Source: an uncultured delta proteobacterium (GTDB lineage Bacteria; Myxococcota; Myxococcia; Myxococcales; Anaeromyxobacteraceae). Taken from it: a stretch of DNA of 64,000 nucleotides. A program made the translations under genes and the position numbers. Under the pieces are notes generated by a model. The model made no database searches. It was not told the origin of the DNA and saw only the letters and a program-made list of their open reading frames with translations. This document shows positions 1-10,628 of this stretch, piece after piece (positions within the stretch are counted from its first letter, which is position 1; each line of letters starts with the position of its first letter). The stretch lies in assembly GCA_963766715.1 (NCBI GenBank), contig CAVYBH010000008.1:736001-800000 (forward strand), given 5' to 3'.

Positions 1-567
1 GGGCGCTCTTCCTCTGGGGCGAGGGGGTCCGCTCGCTCCCCTACTTCACCGGCGACGAGGTGACGTCGGTGGGCGATGCTGGGGGCGCGGGTGTCGCCCC
101 AGGTGTTCTGGGTCCTGGGGACGGTGGCCCTCATCGTCGGCGCCCTGGAGTGGTTCTACCGGCGCACGCTGCTCGGCTGGGAGATGCGGGCCTGCGCGGC
201 CAACAAGGACGCGGCGGCCCTCTGCGGCGTCCCGGTGCGCAGGCTCGTCAGCCTCTCCTTCGCCATGGCCGCGGCCATCGGGGCGCTGGCCGGCGCGGTG
301 GTCTCGCCCATCACCTACACCTCCTACGCGGTGGGCGGACCGCTCGCCATCAAGGGCTTCACGGTCGCCATCCTGGGCGGCCTGGGCAACTCGGGGGGCG
401 CGGTGGCGGCCGGCCTGGCGCTCGGCGTGGTCGAGTCCTTCGCGGTCTCGGTGCTGCCGGCCGCCTACAAGGACGTGGTCACGCTCTCGCTCCTGCTGGC
501 GGTCCTGGTGGTCCGCCCGAGCGGCCTCTTCGCGAGCGGCGAGGCCGCGCGGCTGAAGGAATTCTGA
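1..567 (+). CDS. livH: Branched-chain amino acid-type ABC transporter permease (LivH-like), 5' truncated by window edge
   Basis: Hydrophobic ORF with GWEMRACAAN..AALCGV, KGFTVAILGGLGN and RPSGLF motifs typical of LivH; probable indel near 70. Confidence 0.88.
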
Positions 568-1653
568 TGGGCCGGCGCCTCCCCGCCCCGGCCCGCGTGG
601 CCCTGCTCGTCGCCGCGACCATCGCGGTGCAGCTCGCCACGCTGGCGTCGGGCAAGGGCTTCTACCTGACGCAGCTCACCATGACGGCCTACTACGCGCT
701 GGCCGTGCTGGGGCTCTCGCTGCTCATGGGATACGCCGGGCAGATCTCGCTCGGGCAGGCCGGGTTCTTCGCCATCGGCGGCTACACGGCCGCCTTCCTC
801 TCCACGGTCGACCTGGCCTCCCGGAAGGCCCAGCCGGCCGTCGCGCTGGCCACCCGGATCGGGCTCCTCGTCGCCCGCCCCGACCTGTACGGCGGGGATC
901 TGCTCGCGGTGAACCCCTGGCTCGGCCTCGTGGCCGGCGTGGGGCTGGCCGTCGGCCGTGGCCTTCGCCGTGGGCGTTCCGGTGCTCCGGCTGCGGGGCC
1001 ACTACCTGGCCATGGCCACGCTCGCCTTCGGGACCATCGTCTCGGCGGTGGTGGTGGGGACGCAGCGGCTGGGGGCGGCCGACGGGATCTCCGGGGTCCC
1101 GCCCTTCCCGGTGTTCCCCGGCGTCCGGGTCGGCGGCGGCTCGGCCGACCGGGTGGTGAACTACTACCTGGCCTGGGGGCTCGTGGTGCTCGCCATGCTC
1201 CTGCTCGGCAACCTGGTGCGCTCCCGCACCGGCCGGGCGCTGCGGGCCATCCACGGCGCCGAGGACGCGGCCCGGGCCATGGGCGTCGACGCGGCGCGGC
1301 TCAAGGTCCGGGTCTTCGTGCTGGCGGCGGCGCTGTCGGCCGCGGCCGGCGTCTTCCTCACCCATTACGTCGGCGGCATCGGCCCCTCCGAGGCCTCGGT
1401 GATGAAGTCGGTGCGCTACGTGGCCATGGTGGCGGTGGGGGGCATGGGCAGCCTCTGGGGCGCGCTCGCCGCCACCAGCGTGCTCGAGTTCCTCTCGCTC
1501 CGCGGCGTCTTCGGCGCCCACGACGACGCGGTGTTCGGGGGCATCCTCCTCGCGGTGATGCTCTTCGCGCCCGACGGGATCCTGGAGATCCGCGGCCGCG
1601 CGCTGCGCTCCCGGCTCGCCGGACGGCGCGCCGAGCCCGGGGAGGGCGCATGA
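567..1653 (+). CDS. livM: ABC transporter permease (LivM-like), frameshift near 955
   Basis: ATG overlaps livH stop (TGATG). LLMGYAGQISLGQAGFFAIGGY in frame 1, then LRLRGHYLAMATLAFG and GGMGSLWG in ORF 958-1653. Confidence 0.88.
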
Positions 1654-2408
1654 CGCTCCTCGAGGTGAGCGGGGTCTCGAAGCGCTTCGGCGGCGTCCAG
1701 GCCGTGCAGGGGGTCTCCTTCCGCGTCCGCAAGGGAGCGGTGAAGGCGGTCATCGGGCCGAACGGCGCGGGGAAGACCACCCTCTTCGACCTGCTCTCCG
1801 GCTTCCGCGCGCCCGACGAGGGGACGGTGCGGCTGCGCGACCAGGCCATCCAGGGGCTCGAGCCCCATCAGGTCGCCGCGCTCGGCCTCTCCCGCACCTT
1901 CCAGAACTTGAAGCTGTTCGGCCACATGACGGCGCTCGAGAACGTGATGGTGGGACGGCACACCCGCAGCCGCGCCGGCATGCTCGCCGGCATGCTCTCG
2001 CCTCCGCGCGCGCGGAGGGAGGAGCGCGCCATCGAGGAGCGGGCCCGCGAGGAGATGCGCTTCCTGGGCATCGAGGGGCTGGCCGGGTCGCCGGCCGGGA
2101 GCCTCGCCTACGGGCAGCAGCGCGCCGTGGAGCTGGCGCGCGCGCTCGCCGCCGAGCCGGAGCTCCTGCTCCTCGACGAGCCGGCCGCCGGCCTGAACAT
2201 GCGGGAGACCGCCGAGCTGGCCGATCGCGTGCTCTCCATCCGGGACCGCGGCGTCACGGTGCTCCTCGTCGAGCACGACATGTCGCTCGTGATGCGCATC
2301 TCCGACGAGGTGGCGGTCCTCTGCTTCGGCCAGAAGATCGCCGACGCCGACCCGCGCACCGTGCAGCGCGACCCGGAGGTCGTGCGGGTCTACCTGGGAG
2401 ACGACTAG
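1650..2408 (+). CDS. livG: ABC transporter ATP-binding protein (LivG-like)
   Basis: MTLLEVSGVSKRFGG, Walker A GPNGAGKTT, LAYGQQR signature, LLLDEPAAG, VEHDM, VYLG end. Confidence 0.93.
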   Translation: MTLLEVSGVSKRFGGVQAVQGVSFRVRKGAVKAVIGPNGAGKTTLFDLLSGFRAPDEGTVRLRDQAIQGLEPHQVAALGLSRTFQNLKLFGHMTALENVMVGRHTRSRAGMLAGMLSPPRARREERAIEERAREEMRFLGIEGLAGSPAGSLAYGQQRAVELARALAAEPELLLLDEPAAGLNMRETAELADRVLSIRDRGVTVLLVEHDMSLVMRISDEVAVLCFGQKIADADPRTVQRDPEVVRVYLGDD

Positions 2409-3134
2409 GTGCTGCGGGTCCGCAACCTCGACGTGGCCTACGGCCCGGTCGCCGCGCTCCGGCGGGTCTCCCTCCACGTGAACCAGGGAGAGGTCGCCAC
2501 CATCATCGGCGCGAACGGCGCCGGGAAGACCACGCTGCTCCGCTGCCTGGCCGGCCTCACCCCGGCCCGGGGCGGCGAGGTCCTCTTCCGCGGGGATCCG
2601 GTGCGCGGCTTCCGGCCGGAGCGGATGGTGGCGCTCGGCTGCTCGCTCGTGCCGGAAGGGCGGCAGGTCTTCGCCGCGCTCCCGGTGCGCGAGAACCTCC
2701 TCATCGGCGGCTCGGTGCGCGTCCGGCGCGGGCACCGGCGCGAGGTGGACGAGGACCTGGAGCGCATCTACCGGCTCTTCCCCCGGCTGCAGGAGCGGGA
2801 GCGGCAGCTCGCCGGCACGCTCTCCGGCGGCGAGCAGCAGATGCTCGCCATCGGGCGCGCGCTCATGGCGCGGCCGGCGCTGGTCATGCTCGACGAGCCG
2901 TCCATGGGGCTCGCGCCGCTCGTGGTGAAGGACATCCTCTCCACCGTCCTGCGCATCGCCGCGGGCGGGACGACCGTCCTGCTCGTGGAGCAGAACGCCC
3001 GCAGCGCGCTGCGCGTGGCCCGGCGCGGCTACGTGCTCGAGAACGGGCGGGTGGTGCTGGAGGGCACGTCGGAGGAGCTGCTCGCCAATCGCGACGTGCA
3101 GCGGGCCTACCTGGGCAGCGAGGTGATTCCATGA
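2409..3134 (+). CDS. livF: ABC transporter ATP-binding protein (LivF-like)
   Basis: GANGAGKTT, VPEGRQVF, LSGGEQQMLAIGRALM, LDEPSMGLAP, VEQNA, AYLG. Confidence 0.95.
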   Translation: MLRVRNLDVAYGPVAALRRVSLHVNQGEVATIIGANGAGKTTLLRCLAGLTPARGGEVLFRGDPVRGFRPERMVALGCSLVPEGRQVFAALPVRENLLIGGSVRVRRGHRREVDEDLERIYRLFPRLQERERQLAGTLSGGEQQMLAIGRALMARPALVMLDEPSMGLAPLVVKDILSTVLRIAAGGTTVLLVEQNARSALRVARRGYVLENGRVVLEGTSEELLANRDVQRAYLGSEVIP

Positions 3135-4400
3135 GCTGGCAGCCGGATCGCGAGGAGATGGACCGGGCGGAGATCGATCAGCTGCAGCTGGAGCGGCTGG
3201 AGGCCACGCTGAACCGGGTCCAGCGCAGCGTGCCCTTCTACCGGAAGCGCTTCGCGGAGGCCGGCTTCGAGGCCGAGGGGCTCCGGTCGCTCACGGAGCT
3301 GGGGAAGCTCCCCTTCACCACCAAGCAGGACCTGCGCGACAACCATCCCTACGGCCTCTTCGCCGTGCCGCTGCGGGACGTGGTGCGGGTCCACGCCTCC
3401 TCGGGCACCACCGGGCTCGCCACCGCGGTGGGCTACACCCGCAACGACCTCAAGAACTGGTCCGACCTGGTGGCCCGGGTGCTCGTGGCCGGCGGCGTCG
3501 GCAAGGACGACGTGGTCCAGGTGGCCTTCGACTACGGGCTCTTCACCGGCGCCTTCGGCTTCCACCAGGGCGCCGAGCGGCTGGGCGCGTCGGTCATCCC
3601 GGTCTCCTCGGCGAGCGCGGCGCGGCAGGTCGGCATCCTGCGCGACTACCGGAGCACGGCGCTCGTCTGCACGCCCAGCCACGCGATGACGCTGGCGGAC
3701 GCCGCCCTGGACGCCGGGATCGAGCCCGGCTCGCTCTCGCTGCGCTTCGGCCTCTTCGGCGCGGAGCCCTGGTCGGAGTCGATGCGCGCCGACCTGCAGG
3801 CCAGGCTGAAGGTCGCGGCCACCGACAACTACGGGCTCTCGGAGGTCGGGGGCCCCGGCGTGGCCGGCGAGTGCATGGACCGGCGCGGGCTGCACGTGGC
3901 GGAGGACCACTTCCTCGTCGAGGTGGTGGACCCCGAGACCCTCGAGCCGGTGGCCGACGGGACGGTGGGCGAGCTGGTCGTGACCACCCTCACCCGGGAG
4001 GCCCTGCCGGTGGTGCGCTTCCGGACCCGCGACCTGGCCTCGCTCACGCGCGTGCCCTGCGCCTGCGGGAGGACGCTCGCCCGCATGAGCCGGGTGAAGG
4101 GGCGCACCGACGACCTCCTCATCGTGAAGGGGGCGCGCGTCTTCCCCTCCGAGATCGAGGCCGTGCTCCTCGGCGTGGAGGGCACCCAGCCGCACTACGA
4201 GATCGTCCTCGACCGGCACGAGGAGGCCCTGGTCCGCGTGGAGGCGTCCACCCCCGGGGACGACGCCCTGCGCGGGGTCGTCGAGCGGCGGCTGGCCTCG
4301 GCCCTGGGGGTCGCGGTGGCGGTCGAGCTGGTGGCCCCCCGCGTCGCTCTCCCGCTCCGAGGGCAAGGCGCGCCGGGTGATCGACCGGCGCCGCGCCTGA
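3131..4400 (+). CDS. Phenylacetate--CoA ligase family (PaaK-like) acyl-CoA ligase; indel near 3' end
   Basis: LPFTTKQDLRDN.PYGLFAVP, HASSGTTG, GAEPWSE, DNYGLSEV, GRTDDLLIVKG; the family tail (RSEGKARRVIDRR*) is in another frame ending at 4400. Confidence 0.9.
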
Positions 4401-4409
4401 CGCCCCGCC

Positions 4410-4435
4410 GGCCGCACGAGCACCGCGGTGCGGCC
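4410..4435 (+). terminator. GC-rich hairpin downstream of the liv/paaK operon (possible terminator)
   Basis: GGCCGCAC...GTGCGGCC inverted repeat just after the stop; no U-tract. Confidence 0.35.
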
Positions 4436-4438
4436 GCC

Positions 4439-4510
4439 ATGACGCGCAGCGTCGAATGACGCGCAGCGCCACGAAATTGCTTGAGGGACGGGCCTCTCGT
4501 CGTCTTGACA
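4439..4510 (+). promoter_or_regulatory. Tandem palindromic operator-like sites plus TTGACA -35 upstream of the lipase gene
   Basis: ATGACGCGCAGCG occurs twice (4439-4451, 4456-4468), each part of a near-palindrome TGACGC-N3-GCG(T/C)C(G/A); TTGACA at 4505-4510. Confidence 0.5.
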
Positions 4511-4596
4511 TGGCCCCTTCCAGCGACAAGAAAGGTCGCTTACGCGTCGCACTCCGTGCGCCCGCGCCTGGGTTCACCCACAGTCCTGGAGGCAGA

Positions 4597-7500
4597 ATGA
4601 TGCTCCGCCGCATCGCGCCCGTCCCTCTCCTGGCGCTCGCGATCTTCGCCTGCACCCCGTCCGTCCCGTCCCAGCAGTACACCACGGTCGTGACCGCGGT
4701 CTTCGAACTCTCCTCCAGTCCACCCGTCATCCCGCAGCCGAACGACCTGGTGCTCCAGCCCCAGCTGAACCCGGCGATCCTGAATCCGCAGAACGCCCAG
4801 GACGAGCTGCTCGCCCTCTTCCACGCCCAGGGCGGCTTCCCGGCCGACCAGGTGACGCCGCTCGCCTTCCCCATCACGACACAGACCGTGAACGGCCCGA
4901 CCAGCATCGGGCTCGCGGCGCCCGCCATCGACCCGGCGTCGCTCGTGCCCTGCACGTCCACGCTCACGCCGGCCAACTGCAACGTCTTCATCTTCGACAC
5001 CAGCGCCCCGACCGGCACCTCGCCCTTCCCGGTCTTCGCGGCCTCCTACGACGCCGGCGCCCCCGGCGCGCAGAGCCGGCACCCTGAGCGCGGTCCCGCT
5101 CGCCGGGACGAAGCCGACCACGTGGCGTCCGGGCGCCCAGTACATCTACGCGCTCCGCGGCGGCGCGAACGGCATCAAGACCACGACGGGCGCCGCGCTC
5201 CAGCCCTCGTCCACGAGCTACACGCTCATCTTCGGCGGCCCGAGCGACTTCGTCTGCCCGCTCCACCAACCCGGGCTGCCCGCTCCCGCTGCTCGGCCTC
5301 ATCCACCAGAACTACCTGCCGCTCTTCGGCGCCGTCGCCAGCCAGGGCTTCCCGCTCGCCGAGACCGTCGTGGTGGGCAGCTTCGCCGTGGCCCAGGCCA
5401 CGGCCTGGGTGGTCGCCGATCCGGGCTCCGGGACCGTGCCGGTGCCCTCCAACTTCCTGCTCGATCCGACGACCCACCAGGTCTCGGCCACGGCCGCCGC
5501 CGCCTTCGGGATCCCGGCGCTGGCCACCCTCGACGGCTTCAGCACCACCGGAATGGACATCGCGCAGACGTCCGGCCCCATCCTGGCGAGCACGATCCGC
5601 AGCTCCACCGACCAGGGCGTCTACCTCTACAAGCTCGGCGGCGCGACCCCGGTGCAGGTGAACCAGGTCGTCCTCGAGCCGCCCCCGATCACCATCGACG
5701 CGTCGACCGGCCAGCCGTGCGTGCCCATCAATCCCCAGGGTGACTTCGGCCCGACCTGCGTCACCACGGTCGTCGGCATCCAGCCGGCGGTCACCGTGCC
5801 CACGCCGCTCGGGAACGTCGCGCTGCCGCCGCTCGAGGAGTCGACCGACTACGCGGTGATCATCACCGACAAGGTGAAGACCCCGCCGGCCGGCGCGGCC
5901 ATCTCGCCCACCACGCTCGGGCAGATCCTGCTCTTCACCCATCCGCTCTGCACGCCCTCCCCGGCGTGCGTGGCGAATCCCACCGCGGCCGTCTCCGAGC
6001 TCCCGGGCGTCCCGGGCCCCACCGCCGCCGGGCTCGAGGGGATGCGCCTCCAGCTGCAGCCGGCCGTCGCCCAGGTGGCGACCGACCACGCCGTGGCGAA
6101 GTCGTCCATCATGATGCCCTACACGTTCCGCACCCAGTCCATCACCGGGCGTGGCGCTGCAGCTGGGCGCGGCGCCGTACAGCCAGGTGTCGGGCGTCGA
6201 CGTCTTCCCGGACGCTCCCTACTTCAACCCGACGACGCCCGCCGATCCCCTGAACCCCAAGGCGGTGAGCCCGGCCGCGATGGCCGCGAAGTGGGGCGTG
6301 CCCGCGACGCTGGTCTCGGCCGGCATCTCCACCTTCGTCGAGGCGAACGTCGTCACCTACGACAAGCTCGACCCGTCCACGGGGGCCTTCTACCCGACCC
6401 CGGCCCAGGGAGTCGCCGAAGCCCGTTCCCGCCATCATCGCCATCCCGACGGGCACGGCGCCGGCCGGAGGCTGGCCGCTCGTCGTGTTCCACCACGGGC
6501 TCGGCCGCAGCCGCGGCGACTCGCTCCTCATCGCCCAGAGCCTCACACGAGGCGGGATGGCGGTGGCCGCCATCGACGCCGCCAAGCACGGCGCGCGCGC
6601 CTGGTGCACGGTGGACACCTCCGTCACGCCCAACGTCGCCATCGGGTGCGCCTCGGGGGTCACCTGCGACACGTCGGTCTTCGGCAACCAGGCCGACGGC
6701 GCGACCGCGAAGCCCGGCCTCTGCAAGGGCGCGCTCGCGGTCCAGCCGATCGCCTGCGCCCCCACCGACACGGCCTGCTGGGACGGCTCGGGCGGCAACT
6801 CGATCACGTCCGGCGCCTTCCTCATCTCCGGGAACCTCTTCCGGAGCCGGGACACGATCCGGCAGGACATCCTCGACCAGTCGATGCTGGTGCGCGTCCT
6901 CACCTCCGCGAACGGCGCCACGGTGCTCTCGGCCGCGGCCGGCGCGCCGGTCACCATCAACCCCAGCAAGGTCTTCTACGTCGGGCAGTCGCTCGGCTCG
7001 ATCGAGGGCACGCCCGACCTGGCCGCGAACCCGCGCTTCTCCCGCGCCATGCTGAGCGTCGGCGGGGCCACCATCATCGACATCCTGACCACGGCTCCGG
7101 ACTTCAGCAGCTCGATCGCGGCGCTGCTCGCCTCGCTCGGGATCTCGCCGGGAACGCCCGAGTACCTGCTCTTCGTCATCGGAGCGAAGTGGATCCTCGA
7201 TCCGGCCGACCCGGCCAACTTCGCGCAGCACGTGACCGCGAATCCGCTGCCGAACCTGCTCGCGGGCGGTGCTCCCCAGACGCCCAAGGTCGTGCTGGGC
7301 CAGGCGGCTCGCTGCGATGCGACCGTTCCCAACGGCACGAACGAGCTGCTCTACGGCCTGATGGGGCTCTCCCCCATCGACCCCACCGTCTCGGCGAGCG
7401 GCGGCGGCCTGCAGTGGTACATGACCTCGACGACGGGCACCTGCCCCGCCAACGGGGACGTGGGTCCCGGCGTCGAGCATGGCTTCCTGCTCGACTGGAC

Positions 7501-7603
7501 CAACCCGAGTCTCGCCACGAGGGCGCAGACCGAGACCGTTTCGTTCCTGCTCGGCGGGCCCGTCTCCGGCTCCCCCGTGCTTCCCCCCTTCGTGGTTCCG
7601 TGA
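4597..7603 (+). CDS. Large (~1000 aa) lipoprotein lipase/phospholipase, Pla-1/Cef/VolA-like, alpha/beta hydrolase C-domain; several indels
   Basis: Lipobox LAIFA-C; PQPNDL and PVPSN..LATLDGFST N-domain motifs; VFHHGLG, nucleophile elbow YVGQSLGSI, DPADPANFA, C-terminal HGFLL; assembled from ORFs 4456-5661, 5370-7055, 6151-, 6485-7603. Confidence 0.75.
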
Positions 7604-7611
7604 GGACCTCC

Positions 7612-8894
7612 ATGCGCAAGATCCTCCTCGCCCTCCTCCTGGCCGTCCCGGTGCTCGCCTCTGCCGGCGGCTACTCCGTCCCCAACGTCGTCGCCCGCGA
7701 CCTCGCCATGGGCGACTCGCTGGTGGCCGACCAGACCACCGCCGGCGCGGTCTACCGGAACCCCGCGGCGCTCTCCCGGCTGTCGGGGCTCGACCTGACC
7801 TTGAACGGCTCGGTCCTCGGCAACGGCTCCACCTGGACCAGCACCACCACGGCCGGGCCGTCTCCGGTCTCCACCGACCTCAAGCTCGGCGACACCGGCG
7901 GCGTTCTTCCTCTCCTGGTCGGGCAAGATCTCCGGCCACGGCTGGGGCGTGGGCGCGGGCATGAACGTGCCGGGCGGCGGCAACGTCTTCTGGCCCGCGG
8001 GATGGGCCGGCCGCTACACCATCACGTCGGTGGACCGGAAGCTCTTCGGGCTCTACCTGTCCGCCGGCGTCGAGATCATCCCGCAGATCCGCGTGGGCGG
8101 CGGCTTCATCTACTACTACGCCACCGAGAAGCTCACGGTGGACAAGGCGCTGCCGGGCGGCGTCGACGGGCAGGTCACGCTGGCCGACTCCGGCGGGCAG
8201 CCGAGCTGGGACGCCGCCATCGAGATCCAGCCCTTCCTCGACATCCCGCTGCGGATCGGCGCCGACTACAAGCAGCAGGCCTACATGAAGCTGAAGGGGC
8301 CGGCCAACTTCAACTTCCCGCCGGCCTTCGCCGCCACCTACCCGAACCAGGACTTCACCCACACGCTCGTCTACCCGAGCACCTTCAACGTGGGCATCGC
8401 CTGGCGCCCGATCAAGACCGTGGACATCACCGCGGGCTACACGGCGGAGAACTACAGCTCGTACGTCTCCGACACGTTCGTCGGGCAGACCACCGACCCG
8501 GCCACCGGCCAGCCGCTCGAGCTGTCGGTGTGGCGCAAGTACGGCAACGCCAACATCTACCGGCTGGGCGTGGCGTGGCAGGTGCTGAAGACGCTCGAGC
8601 TCCGGGCCGGCGGCCTCTACGACCAGTCGGGCGTGAACCCGGCCTACTTCAACCCGTCGCTGCCCGACGCCAAGGCCTGGGCGGGCTCGGTGGGCGTGGG
8701 CTGGGACGTGCTGAAGAACCTGTCCCTCAACGCCAGCTTCTTCAACGCCTGGTTCACCACCCTCGACTCGGTGCCGGCGCCCAGCACCACCACCCTCGAC
8801 AACGCCTCGTCGTTTGCCGGGAAGGTTCAAGAGCTGGGCCTGGATCGCGAGCCTGGGCCTGAACTGGAAGTGGGATCCGCAGGCGTCGCGCTGA
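7612..8894 (+). CDS. FadL/OmpP1/TodX-family outer-membrane hydrophobic-compound transporter; indels near 7890 and 8825
   Basis: Signal peptide ending ASA-GGY, LAMG, conserved NPA motif (AVYRNPAALSRL), GVGAGMNVPGGG, ELRAGGLYDQS, PSLPDA. Confidence 0.85.
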
Positions 8895-8916
8895 TCGGGG
8901 CGACACCCGCGAAGTG

Positions 8917-8950
8917 AAAAGGGGCGCGCCCTCCGGGGTGCGCCCCTCTC
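8917..8950. terminator. Rho-independent terminator between convergent genes
   Basis: AGGGGCGCGCCC-TCC-GGGGTGCGCCCCT hairpin preceded by AAAA (U-tract on the minus strand). Confidence 0.7.
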
Positions 8951-8977
8951 GTTTCCGGGACGTCCGATCCGGACGGG

Positions 8978-9697
8978 CTAGGGGAACGCGCAGCGGGTCA
9001 GCGGGACGAGCGGGGCGCCGTTCGCCTGCGCGTCGAGCGCGTCGACCCAGAGGCGGGTCCAGTCCGCGGCGGTGGTCTCGCTCTCGTCGGGCGCGCTGAT
9101 GTGCCGGACGATCTCGACCTGCGTCCCTCCGCCCGGCGCCGGGGTGATCACGGCCGACTGGCGCATGATCTGGATGTAGGCGGTGCCGTCGACCTTCTGC
9201 GCCTTCACGTTGACCTTCTGGATGGCCTGGGCGGCGTCGCGCGTCGCATCGGCGCGCCAGTTCACCACGAACCAGTTGGCCCGGTGGAGGGGGCTCCCGA
9301 CCGGCGTCTCCCGGATGCCGTAGCTCACGTCGTACTCCGGCTCGGGCCGGTTCACGGGCTCGCAGTCGACCTGGTCGTCCGGATAGACCGCCACCACGGC
9401 CCCCGGCTGCCACTGGAGCGCGGTCCACACGTCGGCGATCGGCGCGGCGAGGAGCACGCGGGTGTGGGCCCAGTAATGGGCCGGCGTGTCGCCGTTCGCC
9501 GCGCGGAATCCGGTCCGGACGGCGAAGTCGTCCGGCGCCAGGGAGGTGACGGGCCAGGCCGGCCACTCGCCCGGGTTCGTGACCTCGGTCTCCCAGGGCT
9601 CGACGCCCGGAGGGAAGGTGGTCGCCTCCTTCGAGCAGGCTGCCGCGGAGAGCAGGGCGAGCGCAGCGAGCGCTCCCCCGAGCGATCGGGCCGTCAT
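8978..9697 (-). CDS. Hypothetical lipoprotein, possible SRPBCC/START-like fold (paralog of the upstream gene)
   Basis: Lipobox LSAAA-C; APIADVWTAL, W-R-ADAT, KVDGT, T.VEIVRH segments shared with 9707-10436. Confidence 0.7.
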   Translation of the reverse strand: MTARSLGGALAALALLSAAACSKEATTFPPGVEPWETEVTNPGEWPAWPVTSLAPDDFAVRTGFRAANGDTPAHYWAHTRVLLAAPIADVWTALQWQPGAVVAVYPDDQVDCEPVNRPEPEYDVSYGIRETPVGSPLHRANWFVVNWRADATRDAAQAIQKVNVKAQKVDGTAYIQIMRQSAVITPAPGGGTQVEIVRHISAPDESETTAADWTRLWVDALDAQANGAPLVPLTRCAFP

Positions 9698-9706
9698 GTG
9701 CCGATG

Positions 9707-10436
9707 CTACTGCGGCGGCAGGTTGCAGTAGCGGGGCAGGAGCACCCCGGTGGAGAGCTGCGTCTGGAGCCCGTCGTAGAAGCCCTGGAGCCAGCTCTGG
9801 AGCTTCGCCGGGTCGTCGGAGTGCCCGTTCGTGTTGAGCTGCCGGACCAGCTCGATCCGGGTCCAGGCGGGGTTCGCGGGGTCCACGGAGAAGACCATCG
9901 AGCCGCGGATCCAGGGGACCTCCACCGTTCCCGCGGTCTTCCCGTAGAACATCTTCGCTTCGGTGGGCGCCGCGGCCGTGCCCTGGGTGACGTCGGCGCG
10001 CCAGGTGACCTCGAAGGTGTAGTGGCTCTGGATCCCGCCGTGGGGGATCTCCTTGGTCATGAAGCTCACCGCGTAGCCTGGCTCCACGTTGGCCTTGGCC
10101 TCGCAGTCGCTCTCGTTGCGCTCCGGCCAGAAGCCCACGTCGACGCCGGTGGGGATCTGGAGGGCGCTGCCACACGGTGGCGAGGTCGTACGGGACGCAC
10201 CCGCGGGCCTGCCGCTCGTTGTAGCTGGGAGAGGCGAAGAACGGGGTCGCGGCGCTGATGATCAGCCCCGAGCCGGTGCCTGTCGCGGACGTGCAGTTGG
10301 TCGGCCAGTCGAGCGAGGTGACCAGCGCCGCCGGCCCGAGGCCGGGCGGCAGGTCGGTGGTCTCCGTGCCACAGGCGACGAGGAGGAGCGGGGCGACCAG
10401 GGCAGCCGGAAGGAGCCACGAGGGGCGTCGGTTCAT
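9707..10436 (-). CDS. Hypothetical lipoprotein, possible SRPBCC/START-like fold; indel near 10170
   Basis: MNRRPSWLLPAALVAPLLLVA-C lipobox; YDLATVWQAL, WRADVT, KTAGT, TRIELVRQ, ends LLPRYC like the paralog's LVPLTRC. Confidence 0.7.
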
Positions 10437-10628
10437 GGCTCGCATTCTAACCGGAGTCGTCTCGCGGCGCCTCATCCTGATTACATCAGCAAAAATAGAT
10501 ACTTGTAAGCGCGTCACTGAGGGCGTTCCCGCGACCTCCTCGAGGCGTCGCTCCGAGAATTCGTATCATCGCTCGCATTTGGCTCCTGCGCCGTCGACAG
10601 GGACGGGCGGCCGTGGGAACCTGCCGGC

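Noticed and set aside
4400..4470. Short direct repeats as a CRISPR array or insertion target-site duplication
   Set aside because: Only two 13-nt copies with a 4-nt gap; no cas or transposase genes in the window.
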